Source of the DNA: Lingula anatina
Taxonomy: Eukaryota; Animalia; Brachiopoda
Assembly (NCBI GenBank): GCA_051362555.1
Contig: CM120649.1
Location: 14,694,001-14,758,000, forward strand
Direction: 5' to 3'
Length of the DNA stretch: 64,000 nt
Every line of letters starts with the position of its first letter. The first letter of the stretch is position 1. The translations under genes and the position numbers were made by a program. Positions 26,114 through 39,200 of the stretch are shown here, one piece after another. Under the pieces are notes generated by a model. It searched no databases. It worked only from the letters and a program-made list of their open reading frames with translations, and was not told the DNA's origin.

Positions 26114-29100
26114 GTTTACCTAGAAATGTCATACTTTGTGATATTTCTTGAGTGGATGGTTTATAAAAAGTGATATAGTTGCAAGATCACACAAGTCATG
26201 TCTCTTATGTAACATTCACAAATTAAGCATTGATTATATTTGTACCAAGACCTGTCTAGAGCTAAAATTGCCTCAACTTGCTGGTGCAGGTTTGTTATTA
26301 GTGAACCACTAGAGATGTGGAAGGAGGAAGGTTTCTGTCAACCACATTTGAGTTTATTTTCAACAAATACTTACCAAGTGTTTGTGATTTTTTAAAATTG
26401 GAAATTGAAAATTAATTTTTTTTTTTACTTTGGCAGTTTTTCATCCCGAAACACTTCCAGACTCCTAGTCATAAACCATTTCTCCTTACTTATTTTTCTT
26501 ACAACTCAAAAGTCATGTCTGCGTGATGTGTTCATTCCAGACCCCAGCCAGACGCCCAACCTCGCAGCCACCCTACAGGGGGCAGCAGCAGCAGCGGCTC
26601 ACGGGGTGTCAGTCACTGGGACCCAGGGGCTGAGGGGGGCCCCCACGGGGATGGTGGTGACCGTGGACCCCAGTAGGCACCCCCCTAGTGTACACACACA
26701 GCAGTATACTGCTATTCCTTCAGAAGGTAAGAGTTGGGTTGAAGGTATTAATGGTATATGTTTACCTAGCTTATTTTACATACAATGGAGATGTCATAGT
26801 AGTCTGCATAAAAATACAAAATGTTGAATCTGTTCTTATTGTTAATCTGCTATTTCTTTTTACTCCCTTGCTAATAAAGCCAAAAGGTTATGTTTATAGA
26901 TAATTAACCAGTCCGAATAGTAGTTCAGTTAAGATGATCTGAAACCTATCTGTAACTTAATTGTCTTTATTTTCTAGTCAACACCAACACCTCAGATGCT
27001 CCCCCGGCGACATCTGGTGTCCAGGCGTTACAGCGGAATTCCAGCACCCCTCAGCCGTCACCAGGGGGCAGCAATAACCCTAACAACCCCAGTGCTTCGC
27101 CGCGACCCAGCATTCTGAGAAAACGAACCAATGATGGGTAAGTCAACCAAAGATTTGCTGTTTAAAGACCTTTGTTTTAAACCTGGACTGGTAATGGTCT
27201 AACTGACACCACCAGATTGCTTAGGGACACCATCTTGTCTGAGAATTCAGAATTTCATGTTGTGCAGTCGGTTGGGGTGTGACCCAGTCAGCATACCCCA
27301 AAAAATGGTATTAGTAAAGAAGAATGGTGATTGTCAACTTGGTAATTTGGGTAAAAATATTTTTCATTTCCACTTCCCTGACATATATTTGGGTAGGAAA
27401 TATGTGGCAGGTGCTTTGGTGTGTGTAATCACTCAACAAATTTGCTGTGCATTAAAAAAAGAAGAAAGAATATCAAAAAAATGTTCCAGTAACAGCGATC
27501 TGAATTGTTTTTCAATATATTACAAAATGTCCTTCCAGGACCATCTTGGTGCGTAAAAACCTGACAGGCCCCCTGGAGGCCAGCGCAGGAAGTCCACAGT
27601 CCGCCTCTCTCCCCAGATCTGCTACCAGCTCACCTTGTAAAGCACAGAAGTAAGTGGATGTTTGGGGCTTAATGTATTTTGTTAAACACATGTTGATTTT
27701 TGGATGTCTTCTTCATCTTTAAATGCAATTTGTTAAGTTAAGAAACAGTTTTAGGCTGTATTTTGTGTCTTTAACTGAAGCTTGCATCTTAGGTTGTCTA
27801 GGGTAGTATCAACCATGGCCTCATAGAAAGCTTTTGTTGTTATGTGAACTGTGACAGCATTTGAAAGTTTGTCTCTTTGTGGTAAAATTTTACCAAATTT
27901 TCACTGAAATAAGAAAGAACATAGTGGCCTTTCCAGTTGCTTATTATGATAAGTCTAAATTTACTCAACTTCTATGTGCAGAGAATGTCTTCACCACGTA
28001 TTTGAAAAAGTATGTCTAAGCTGCTTCCCCTACCGAAAGTAGTCATTCTTCTTACTTCATCGCTATAATGAAATGTTCAATCTTTCAGTGATACAGCTAG
28101 TCAAAGTTCCACAGATACTGCCCCCTCCACAGAGAACAACAGCCCTGCCCAGGCCACGGAGATGAAGATTAAAACAGAACCCTTGGAAGGAGCTCCTATT
28201 GAAAATGGTGAGTAAATTAGTTGTGATACAAGCAGGAGTGGTGGAAGATAGAAATCTTTTAATATTTCTCAAAATTGGTTGGGCTCATATGAAGTATTTT
28301 TAGTTCCCACATATTAATGATGATCTCGTGATAATGGTATTTGAAATTTGCCATAATTACTCACATGGGAATTTGTTCCTTGTTGCACACAAATGATTCG
28401 GATGAACACTATATGTCCATCAGCATTTCCCAAAACTATAAATTTGTAGCGAAATTCCTAAGGATTTCTTTTAATTATTTTTCTTCTGATATTTTGCCTT
28501 TGTTGCAAGTTTTTCCTCTTTGTTATTTACAAGTGATCTTGGTTTCAGTTTTTGAAAAGAAATTTAATAGTCTTGTTTCTTGAAATCTGTTACAGGGCTG
28601 CTCTCAGTGCCTCAAACAGTGGCCAGTGTTTTACAAAATAACATGGAAGCTTCCCCAAGAAAGAAGCCCAGAAAACAACTCCTGTAAGTGAGAAACTTTA
28701 TCTAAGGATCTAGCAAAGATTTCCAATAGGTGTATTGTGTTCTCTGAGTTTCAATGATGTTTCTGGAGAAGTAACTGATCTTTACCTGTTGGTAAAAATT
28801 ATAATAAAATTGAACCTTTGATGATGGAAAAATGAGTGAGTTGGGGGGGGGGGGGGATATCATTATGGTTCTGGATTTTGATAAATCGTGACTTTTATAT
28901 TTTCATTTATTTATTTTTATTTTTGAGAAAAAGTTGCATACAAGACATTGAAACTCTTTATTTGTGCATTTTAGTAATATCAATGAAGAACTGAAAGATT
29001 CATCAACAGAAGATGAAACGGAGACCAAGCCCCCGGTGAAAGAAGAGAGAGAAACAGAGATAAAGCCTCCAATGCCAAAAGGTGAGAATTCTCTGGTGTT

Positions 29101-30372
29101 CTTGCTGGGTTAATATAGGTCTTGTGTTTGATTTATTAATAAATTAATAGATAAAAAGTTTTTTTTATTAAATTTTATTTCTTCACATTACTTCTTTCTA
29201 CATTCCCTCATCACCATGTCCAATGTAAAATTAATAAATAATATTACAATAAGAATATACAAAACAAAGTTGATGAGCAAAAACAACAACCTTGCATACA
29301 TTTTGAAAACTAAAATGTTCTTAGATATTCCAAAAAAAAAAGTGATGTAATTAGTGAAAAAAGAATACCAAAATGAAACTTATTACAGATTGATTGGAAT
29401 ATTGTTGAAGTAGTAATGTATTTGGATATCTTTAAAATTTTTCAGTGTCTGCTTCTGTACCTTAAGAGCCGAAACAGACATGACCATGAAATATGTCCTG
29501 AGAGTGAAAGAGAATAAATAAAGTAATGAAAAACATTTTGTTTTTCAGAATACACTGATGAAGAGGGTGTGAGGTGGGTCGCCATGAGGAAGAGGAACAC
29601 TGTGACTTTAATGAATTCTTACCATTGTACATGGAAGGCCAGGAATAATCATTTTCTAAGAGCCTCTGATGTCAAACCTAAAGGTATGGATTTCAGTAGT
29701 AGTAGATTTAGCTAGAAAATAAATAAATAAATAAGTAAAACAAAATATAAACAAAAAATTCAGAATACTTCTTTCTTTTAAACAGCTTCAGAAAAGGGGA
29801 AAAACATTTTTCATAAAAGTTGTTTGTTTGTAAACTAAGGTTACCATAATAATTTAATAAGTGGATATAAAACATGATTTCAAGAATTCAGAATATCTTT
29901 CATTAAAACGTTTCAGAAAGGAAAAAAGGATTGACTTTAAAACACTAGCAAATTTCCATGTCAACCATATGTGTGTCAGTTTGTTTTGTCACAAATTTTC
30001 TCTTGAGACCAAACATTAAAAAAATTGTTTTTCTTCTTGCAAGCCATTTCTTTCAACTTGTTACAAATGTTTCAGACGAGAGGCGTCCCACAGTCAATGA
30101 GCTGTCCAACCAGAAAAGTGTGATACAAAAAGCCAACGGGTGGAAACTCTATCATCTGGCAGCACAGCTAGAAGAAATGGTATTTATTGTCATATATTTT
30201 ATTCATTAAAATGTTCTGCATTCATTTATAAATGCACTTATTCATTTAATGAGTTCTGTAGCTAAGCAAAGTAACTGTCCCAGAACTTTATTGACTGAAA
30301 ACAGTTAAATTTTAGTTGGCAATTTATTTTTCTCTTTTCACAGTCATCCTTATGGCATAAGTGTCATTCTGC

Positions 30373-30423
<51 letters not shown>

Positions 30424-31432
30424 CTGTACATATGCCACCCTTGCTGTCTAGTTCTTCTATCTATCATTTGACCCCCTTTTGTATCCCATCTCCACAGATG
30501 GACCTGGAGAAGGTGGTCCACAGCAGGATAGCCAGGCTCCAGAAGACGGCCACCGCCAAACCAGATATCCCATTCACGGAGGAGGAGGTGCATAAAATCA
30601 AAGAACAATCTCAGGTACATGTTATGTCCAGTGTAACGAAACTTAGGGTCCGCGTTACAGATAGTCCGCCCTCCATTTGGTTAAAATTGTTAGGGTTAGC
30701 TTGACTTAAGTGGGTTAAAATTTAGGGCAAGGCTTACTTATACATATGAATGGAATGTGGACTTTCTGTCATGGGGGCTCTCTATCACATTACACCATCT
30801 GCAATGTAGGGGTTCATTCGATCTACAAAGGACGATAAAACTCCGCAGGGACTCTTGATGAATGGAATCAGATTAACTCTCAGCTTCTTGACATAGAGTA
30901 GAATACAGAAAAGCAGGTGGTTATACAAGTATGGTGGAAACAAGGGGAAGCGTGTTAATCTGGTAATTTGATTGCATTCAGCAAGAGTCCCTGCAGAGTT
31001 GGATCGGTCTACATAGGACAAAAGTTCCATTTGGGATGAGCCTTAAGCCACTGTTCCAAGGCTATTGACTTGTAGGTTTGGCATTGTACTAGTAAAATGA
31101 TTAAAATGTTCAGAGTTACTAGTTTTATCAGACTAGTGGAAATCTTAGTTTTTTATGGATTTTCCAATTTCTTTAGATTTCAACTACAGGCAAAATTTGA
31201 TTCATAATTGATATTCAAATATTAAGACTTAATATAGATTAAAGTATCCATAAATTTATTTGTTTTGTTTTGTTTTTTATAGGCTAATAAACAGAGAAGT
31301 CAGTTATTTATGGACCAGCTGGAAGAAGCGAAGAGCTCCATGTTAAGAATTCTCGATCACAAACCAAGAATTATGGAAATTATTAACAAGCACCACAGTA
31401 AAAGACCAGTGAAAAAGAAGGAGAGAACGTAG
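21715..31432 (+). CDS. SAP130: Sin3A-associated protein 130 (histone deacetylase complex subunit SAP130), about 18 coding exons
   Basis: Low-complexity P/T/A/Q N-terminus, then SPRPSILRKR and SPRKKPRKQ. The C-terminal domain from exons 29549-29683, 30076-30179, 30498-30614 and 31283-31432 (WKARNNHFLRASDVKPK...NQKSVIQKANGWKLYHLAAQL...MDQLEEAKSSMLRILDHK) closely resembles the vertebrate SAP130 C-terminus as I recall it. Confidence 0.9.
24216..24446 (+). repeat. Three degenerate ~82-bp tandem units in a SAP130 intron, each containing a 3' splice-site-like sequence
   Basis: Units start at gatatctgtt/gaaatctatt (24216, 24298, 24379), share ctaaaaca(a/g)aaatct, and end near tttctc(a/c)ag. Confidence 0.8.
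30806..31046. mobile_element. Fold-back MITE, family D, degenerate copy
   Basis: Shares ggaaacaag..g.gcgtgttaatctg...tgattgcattcagc.agagtccc with 36239-36500; internal inverted arms. Confidence 0.65.
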
Positions 31433-33200
31433 CCTTAAAGACAGATTCTCAGCCTTAAAATGATAAGAAATTGAATTACATGAAAAAATGTTTGTACGTT
31501 TAAAAGATAGATTTTCTAGGTCAGAAAGTTTGTTATTATTATTATTATTTGTGAGAAAACCAGTGGAAGATAAAGGGTTCAGAAAAATGGGCAAAGGTAA
31601 GGGGGGAATTATTATCAATATGGTTAAAAGGAAAGAAAGAAGGTAGCAAATGCAAAACAGGGGTTACAAATGTTCCCAAGTCAACTGACAAGAGAAATGC
31701 TTTATTCAAAAGATGGGCCAATAAATTACATAATGTAAAAATGACCTGGATAGAAATGAATGAAACAAAAAGAAAATTTCTAATTTCTTACATGAAACCA
31801 TAGGTTACACATTTGTGTTATGTTATTTGTAAATTCTGTATATTTCTAAATGTATATTATTTTACTTTGCACTGTGTGTAATACATTATTTCTATGTAGA
31901 TATTGTTAATCTTTGCAGGTATGATTTAGTACTAAATGTGCACATAGTTTTTTATCATTTGGGCTCAAAATCCATCATTTTGACATATTTAAGCCAAAGA
32001 GGTCAGAATTTTTTCTTTTGTTCATTTAATTAAATGAACTGATGAATTTTGGCTTAATTCCATATTTCAAAACTTTTGATACAATTTACTATTTGATTGT
32101 GAATAACAATTATTTCTTAATTTTACACTGGCAAATTAATTTAGAAAATATTCAGTGGGAATTTGAATTAGTAAATTTACTTGAAATATTTGGGTATTTT
32201 ATTGTGAAAAATTTTATGGTCAGATCTGTGGTATGTATTTTTATAATGCCTAAGAAACTGACCACAATGTTTCGTCGTGTATGAACCCCATTTTCGTACA
32301 TTTTCGAAATTTTGGACAACTTTTTTGTCAAAAATGACAATGACCTAAAACATGTTTTATTCTCCCCAAATATTTAAGCAATTGATTTTTTTCTAAACGA
32401 AGGATTTGAAGGATTCCCTGACGAATCATCATTCTTGTATTTGTCATTGCTTTTTCCAACGCTGTTTAGTGTATATAAGATACTTGATATCAATTCTGTA
32501 TTGTAAATGTAAAATAGATTATTTTATAAATACATGATATTAAAAATATGATTTACTTGCGTTGTTGTTTATAATTGTCTTTTCTCTAGTGTAGGTAACC
32601 CCAATGGAATTTTAGTCCAGGGAGTATTTCAGGGGGTAAAATATACCCGACCAAATAAGTTCGAAATCTAAATAATTATAAAATAACCATATTAGCTACG
32701 GTGATTTTTAACCAAATATTGATGGACAATGCTCCCGCCATCCATTACTTTTTATATACTGTGAAGATTGCCCAACTACATTACAACTTTTTTGGTCGAT
32801 TGTAGTTCTTTTCTATTACAGAAACGCAGATTTACATTATAACATTTAAAAAAAGGGACTTGGCGTGAAAAACAGGACGAACGGCATGTCTTTGTAGTTA
32901 AGAAGTGCGAGTTAAAAAATCGTGTGTAATTGATAACTTATCGAAACAATGATGAGAAATTTAAATTTAAAAAAGAAAGTAAGAGGGGACTTGTAAACTG
33001 GTTTTCTACATGTATATTCCAAAAAAAAAAAAAAATTAACCAGAATTTCCTTGAAACATACTTGCAACTGTCCGAGGTCTAGTTGAAGATCACACCGCGC
33101 CGCACCTGTTCAAATTACCATACGCATTACGTAATAAGTGACCTTCGGAACCTGTTATCAGCGCTAAGCAGAGAATAGGAGACTGGAGGGTCAAAACAAG

Positions 33201-36200
33201 ATGGCGGTATCTGGATTGGCTACAGCAATTCTGGCAGTGATAGCCATACCAGTGTTTTATGGCGTTGTTAAGCTAGCGGGGCTCATCATTCGTGCGAGGA
33301 GATTTTACAAAATCCTTGCTCCAGTGCCCAGCGAGCCCATGCACTGGTTTTGGGGTCACCTGCATCTGGTAAGTGCCTGTACGGTGTAGAGTGCTTATTT
33401 GAACTATTTGTGTAAAGGGCTGTGTTCAAAAGATAACCGCGGGTAAAGCTAAGAGGAAATACGGCGGTCCCTTGAGTGAAATGTAGTAAAGAAAGAGGCG
33501 CAGACAATGCAGATATGTTAGCGAAGAGGCACTATATTGCACTGTGAATATACTCCTTAAGTCGGAAAGTGCACTCCCCCTCTCCCCCCCCCCCTCCCCA
33601 ACAAACACACAAACTTAAGTTGTTCGATCTTGTGTTCAGAAACCGAGGTGCCGCGTAACAAGTACACAGTCCGGCCTTCATTAGTCATACAGATCAGGGT
33701 TAGTGCGACGTGAGTGGGTCAAAAATTAATCAAGGTTGGGACTAGTTAGCCGTACAAACACCTGTCACGGGGCCTGACTCTCTCGTGCGTATATAACTAG
33801 ATGTCACTGGTGGGACAGCGTCTGTACTGAGTGTCCGTGTTGTCTGTTATTGTTTTGCACCTGAATAGCTCACAATCTGACCGCTGTACCCTGAGTGTCA
33901 GAGCAACGTAAAAGCTAGCTTGCTAAATATACCTTGTGGTGGAGTCGCTTTTACTGGTATTGCTACCATGGGTTATATATGAAATCAAGATCGAGCTGGC
34001 AATACCGGAATCTAGAACCTAGGGTAGACCGCTGTGACTACCTTATTAAATTGGATGCTGAAACGTTACACCTGGGACGGATGTTAAGGTAAGCGTGGCG
34101 AGAACAAAGGGGGCACACTTTTGATTCATCGTGGCCGGATCTCAGCTTGGCATGTTGGCTACACATATGCTCGAGATCACTTCGTTCAGCACATTGTATC
34201 TGGGGTGATGATAGACAGATCTGGGTCACATACACAATTAACTTCCCTGCTTGTACTTGAATGTGCAGATCGAGGCCTACGTGTGCTTCTGCACGCATGG
34301 GAAAAGATAACTGGAGGACCAGTAGAAGAAATGTATACGGTGACATCTATAGTGCCAACGTATGAGAAAAATTACCCTAAAATATACGTCGTATACGCAG
34401 GCAAAAGTTAGTGTATATCCGGAGAGAGATATCTATGGAATGTTTTGGGCATGTTACAAAAATTCCATACGCTGCTTGTATCTTCATTTTTAAACGCTGG
34501 AAAATAGGGTGATTTCACATGCTCAAAGTTGTGCATATAACCCATGTCACATACGATACTCATACATACGTACCTTTGTAACCCCCCCCCCCCCCACACA
34601 CACACACATACCCATACAATAATTTCCCGACCCATTTTTACATTGCGAGTGTGCAGATATCACGAAAAACAGCAAAAGTGGACACGTAAAACTTATCTAT
34701 GAAATTGATCCCCCAAAATCAGTATAATTTGCCGATTAATTTTAGGCTCCCCGACCAGACGAGAGTATGCTTGCTTATCACCGCAAACAGGTCGACCGTT
34801 TTCCGAGACTGAAGGTTGGATGGTTGACTTTTTTGTTTCCTAACCTCCATATACGGCATCCTGACTATTTTCCATTAGTCATAAAAGGTCTGATTTTTTT
34901 TCAATCAATAAAACTATTGTTTCAATGTATAACATTGCCCGGTGCCTATGTAGATGCGACTGGTTTAGCTTTAAGATAATAAACTCTTACTCTACGTAGG
35001 CTAATGTCGCTAAATTTCTATTTTAAATCACCTCTTTCACTCAGACCAATTTTACTAACACTACTTTTGCATGAAAACGAGCTTCTAAATTGATATACAG
35101 TAGCACATTAACTAATTACTAGCCACTAATTACTTTCTCTGTTGGCCTATCGTTAGAAGGTCAAGGTTTCAAAGGAAAAAGGTCAAGGTCTTGTAAGAGA
35201 GACAATAACAAAAATTAACAAATTCAAATCTTTTCATTTTCAATTAAAACGCGTAAAAAAATTAGCATTAGCCATATTCCTGTAAATCAGCCTGTATAGT
35301 ACTCTTGTTCTCTTATGAGAATGTGTGGGGGTGGTCGCTCAGGCCCTAGTTAAATTCCATTTTACACGCGGTTATGTCCATGACGCGGTTGATCAGTTTC
35401 AGTTTTAATTTTAAAAAAATTTAACCAGGCATCACGTACAAATCTTAATTGATAAGTAAAGAAGCAATGGGCAAAAACTGTAACAAAAATTATTCCTTGT
35501 ATGCAGAAATGCATCCATCTGGTCGAACAAGGAAGGGAATACCTTTTTTTCCCCTTTTGCAGCATTTACGGATACGCTTACATGTCTATTTCTTGACAGT
35601 TGCCCGGGCCCAATGAAGAAGGACTGGCATACTATCGCCAAAAAGCAAGGAGATTCCCAGTATGGACGGTTTCCTGGTTGACGCCACTGTTGCCGTCCGT
35701 GGTCATGAAAGTGCCCCGTATCTTACGCCCTGTACTGAAATCTCAAGGTTAAGGGAGAAATATGTGTTCCAATGGATATCTCATATACGCAAGGATTGGC
35801 GATTTTTCCATAGAAGCAAAAGTTTAGCAAGGTTTTGAACCTTTTTTATTTTGGACATATTTGCACCATAGAAAAAGTAAACAACCCGAGTGCTTAATAT
35901 TTGGTACATGGATGCTTCAATCTCTTTAAAGCAATCGTTCCCCGATATGGCGCGGTTGTATAAAATGGCGAAATGCTAAACTTTCGCATCTATGTTTATA
36001 TATAGACCCATATACGTGTAGATGACGGGTCTTGAAGTTATGTACATATTACATGTAGACTGCGCAACGAACATACAGGGACGCTCTTATATATCTCTAT
36101 AAAAAATCTTTCTCCGTGGATTGTCATTTGTGGGTGCCACGTCTATAGTTTCAGAGTCTTGTAACAGTTAACCATAGTTAATACTTCACCACTGCCACAC

Positions 36201-39200
36201 TGTGGGTGGTGGATTTAACTATTTTGCTGGAAAATTAAGGGCGCGTTCCCAATCAAACTATCGTTCTACCTAGATCGATCCAACTCGGCGGGGATCCTCG
36301 CTGAATGTAATCATATAAACAGAACAATCCCTACTTCTGGCTTTGCGTACAATTCAGAAAAGCTTGTGTTTATGGCAGTGTGTAGGAAACAAGAGGAGGC
36401 GTGTTAATCTGTTAAGCTGATTGCATTCAGCGAGAGTCCCGCACGGAGTTTGATCGATCTACGTAGAGCCATACTTTCATTGTCATTGGGAACAAAGCCC
36501 TAAGTTACCGGGAATGTGTTTGTTTCCCCATTTTCGGACGGAGAAGTCCAATATTTTGATTTAGAAAGTATTCAGTTAGGAGAATTAAATAAGATTATAT
36601 TTTCCACAGTTTCCAGGAATGAACGAAGCCGGCCTTGCTTACTACCGGAAGCATGGGGCAAAATATCCTCGGATAGAAAAAGGATTTTTAACGCCATTGA
36701 TCCCTATTGTGGGATTGAAATGTCCAAGCGCATTTCGGGCTATTTTGCAAGGTTTTTTACACCACTTTTCCCAGTTTTGTGAGATAATTAGTGCAATGTT
36801 TCCAAAGCATGTCAATGATCCTGCAATCGTTACGGAACAGCAGCTTCTAGCTTAAGGGGTTCGATACGAAAAAAGGGCTACATTTTGGGAAAATAGCCCT
36901 TTCTCAGTTTCATTTAAATGAAATACTTATTCTAATATGAGGGCTATAAAATTGAACAGAGTAAAAACGTCTTTTTGTTGTTCAAACCATACAACGCTTT
37001 TTGCACACAGCAAGTGTTTATATTCTACGTGCTGCTTATAGTGGCGAGGTTGCAATCTATTTCCGACGTAGCTCTATAAAGTTGTAAACTTTGCCTTTAA
37101 TTTTTCTTTTTCTTGTCATGAGCCCCTATTTAATATTTTTTGCCTTTATATTGCTAAAACCAAGATGGAAGTTTACAAGAAAATTTCCTGGCACTGACCT
37201 GCAGTATTCATTGATATGCATGATAATATAAACGGAGATATCTGACACTGTTTATCTCCGCATTATCTGAACGAATAGCGGAGTAGGATTCTAACGTGTC
37301 GAACCCCTTCAGCTAGCTTCCTATGCATGTGCATGTACAGACAAGTTTCCCTTTACAATTGCCAGTGCAACTAGCCGCAGAATTGCTGGTTATTCAGGTG
37401 TTTGCCCAGCATCGCCATGCTGATTGGTTATGCATCACATTGGGCGGGTTTCAAACCGAGCTAGGCAGACCTATGTAGCATTTTGACCCGACCCGTCTTC
37501 GGTTACGTCACTGGGCACGAAATCACAAAAAAAAAAATGAAAATTGAAAATAATTCACAAATTTCTTTTTACTACATCAACTCTGGCAAACGCCAATAAA
37601 ACAAAAGCAGACCCGGTAAAATTTTTATATGTGCTAGTAGGTTTTAACGTTTTTGGCACTGGCTAGCTTTTCGTAATTCAATCAGGATCAAAATGCAATG
37701 TAGAAAGTGATTAAGATGCTCTTTTAATTTTCTCAGATAATGACTTTACAGATAAGTTTACATACATAACCAATATAACTAATATTGGAATTGTAACTAT
37801 TCTGACTTTGCTCATTATAGATAATGAATATATTAAATATCTTCAGAATAGGTAAAAGATTTGTGTCCTATGGTTTGCAACTACAGGAAGTTTAATAAAA
37901 TACCAAGATTTCAATTTACAGTTTCCTGGAATGAACGAAGCTGGTCTTTCTTACTACCGAAAACATGCGATCAAATATCCCAGGATAGAAAGGGGAAATA
38001 TCACACCATTTTTAGCATTTGTTGGACTGAAATCTCCTGATACCTTAAAAGCTATCATAAAAGGTTTAAGTGGCATTCTTTTGATATGTACATTATTTGA
38101 GCTCAAGTTTTGGCCACGTTTAGAGTCGTATTCAAATGACTTAACGTATAGATATTCGTGGCACGTTACCAGAAACATCATTTGGACTAATTGTAGTCAG
38201 TATAAAGACTGCCCTCTTATATAACATTGGGTTCACAGCTGGTGGTCAAGCTCTCAATTGCAATCAAATTTTAAGTTGAATCACTTTGTCATATACATTC
38301 GCCGTAAAAGAAATAGAATTGGTTCGTCATGTGAACGTACGACTCAAAACGGGTTTGAAGCTTAAATAATTACCAAAATCGTAAAACTTGCGTTTGCACC
38401 TGCTTTTTTTGCGTGATATAGTTTTGTCTCTGTTGCCAGTGCTTGCCTCAGAAACGGAATGGTTGTTTAATGCGGGGGCGCAATGCCTTTCCATGTATTT
38501 GCGTTTGTTTAAGAAAACTTTATTTCATCTAGGCCTTCGTTTTCTAAGGTTTCATTGGGTATTGTTTAGTTATCACCAGGCGACGTCATTTGTACCTAAA
38601 AATACCTTCCATTTCCTCCCTGTGTGTTCGTAACGGTCGCAGTAACGCTACCATACTTACTACAATAACTATGTATGAAATTGAACTCCCCTGCATGAGC
38701 ACCAATATTGTATTGCGGATTTTCCCGGTCTTCCTGGCATAACTTTCCGGTTTTGTTAACCACATCGAGCTTTTGTTTTGTTGTTGCTTGTAATTGGCAC
38801 ATTTTCGAATCAAACGGTAAAGGGATAACGACTCTTCATATGAGATTCATGTTTCACATTAAATACATTGTAAACAATTCATAGAAATATAATAAATTCT
38901 ATTTTACCACCAAAACGGCGATTGGCGCAATTGTTCTGGAATCGGACCACGTGACCTCCATAGAGGATTTCCCTTTGTTAGAATCTTTAAAAAAAACATA
39001 GACTAACTTTGAATATTAGAAAGAATTCATTAACCTTTCTTAAGTATGAGAAAATTGTCGTTTATGCCAGGAAAATCTTTTTTTTTTTTTTTTTTTTTGC
39101 CAAAATGAATAGCTGTTATCCTTTGAAATTCTGCCAATTTTTACTTAGCAAGTTTCATAAAGTTGTGGAAGGAGCGTCATGCCTTGCTTTTGAAATTATA

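Noticed and set aside
38388-38813. Possible fifth exon-2 variant among the ORFs between 2D and exon 3
   Set aside because: No similarity to the P-x(2-3)-E-x(2)-L-x-Y-x-R pattern and no suitable AG/GT-bounded 3n+1 frame found.
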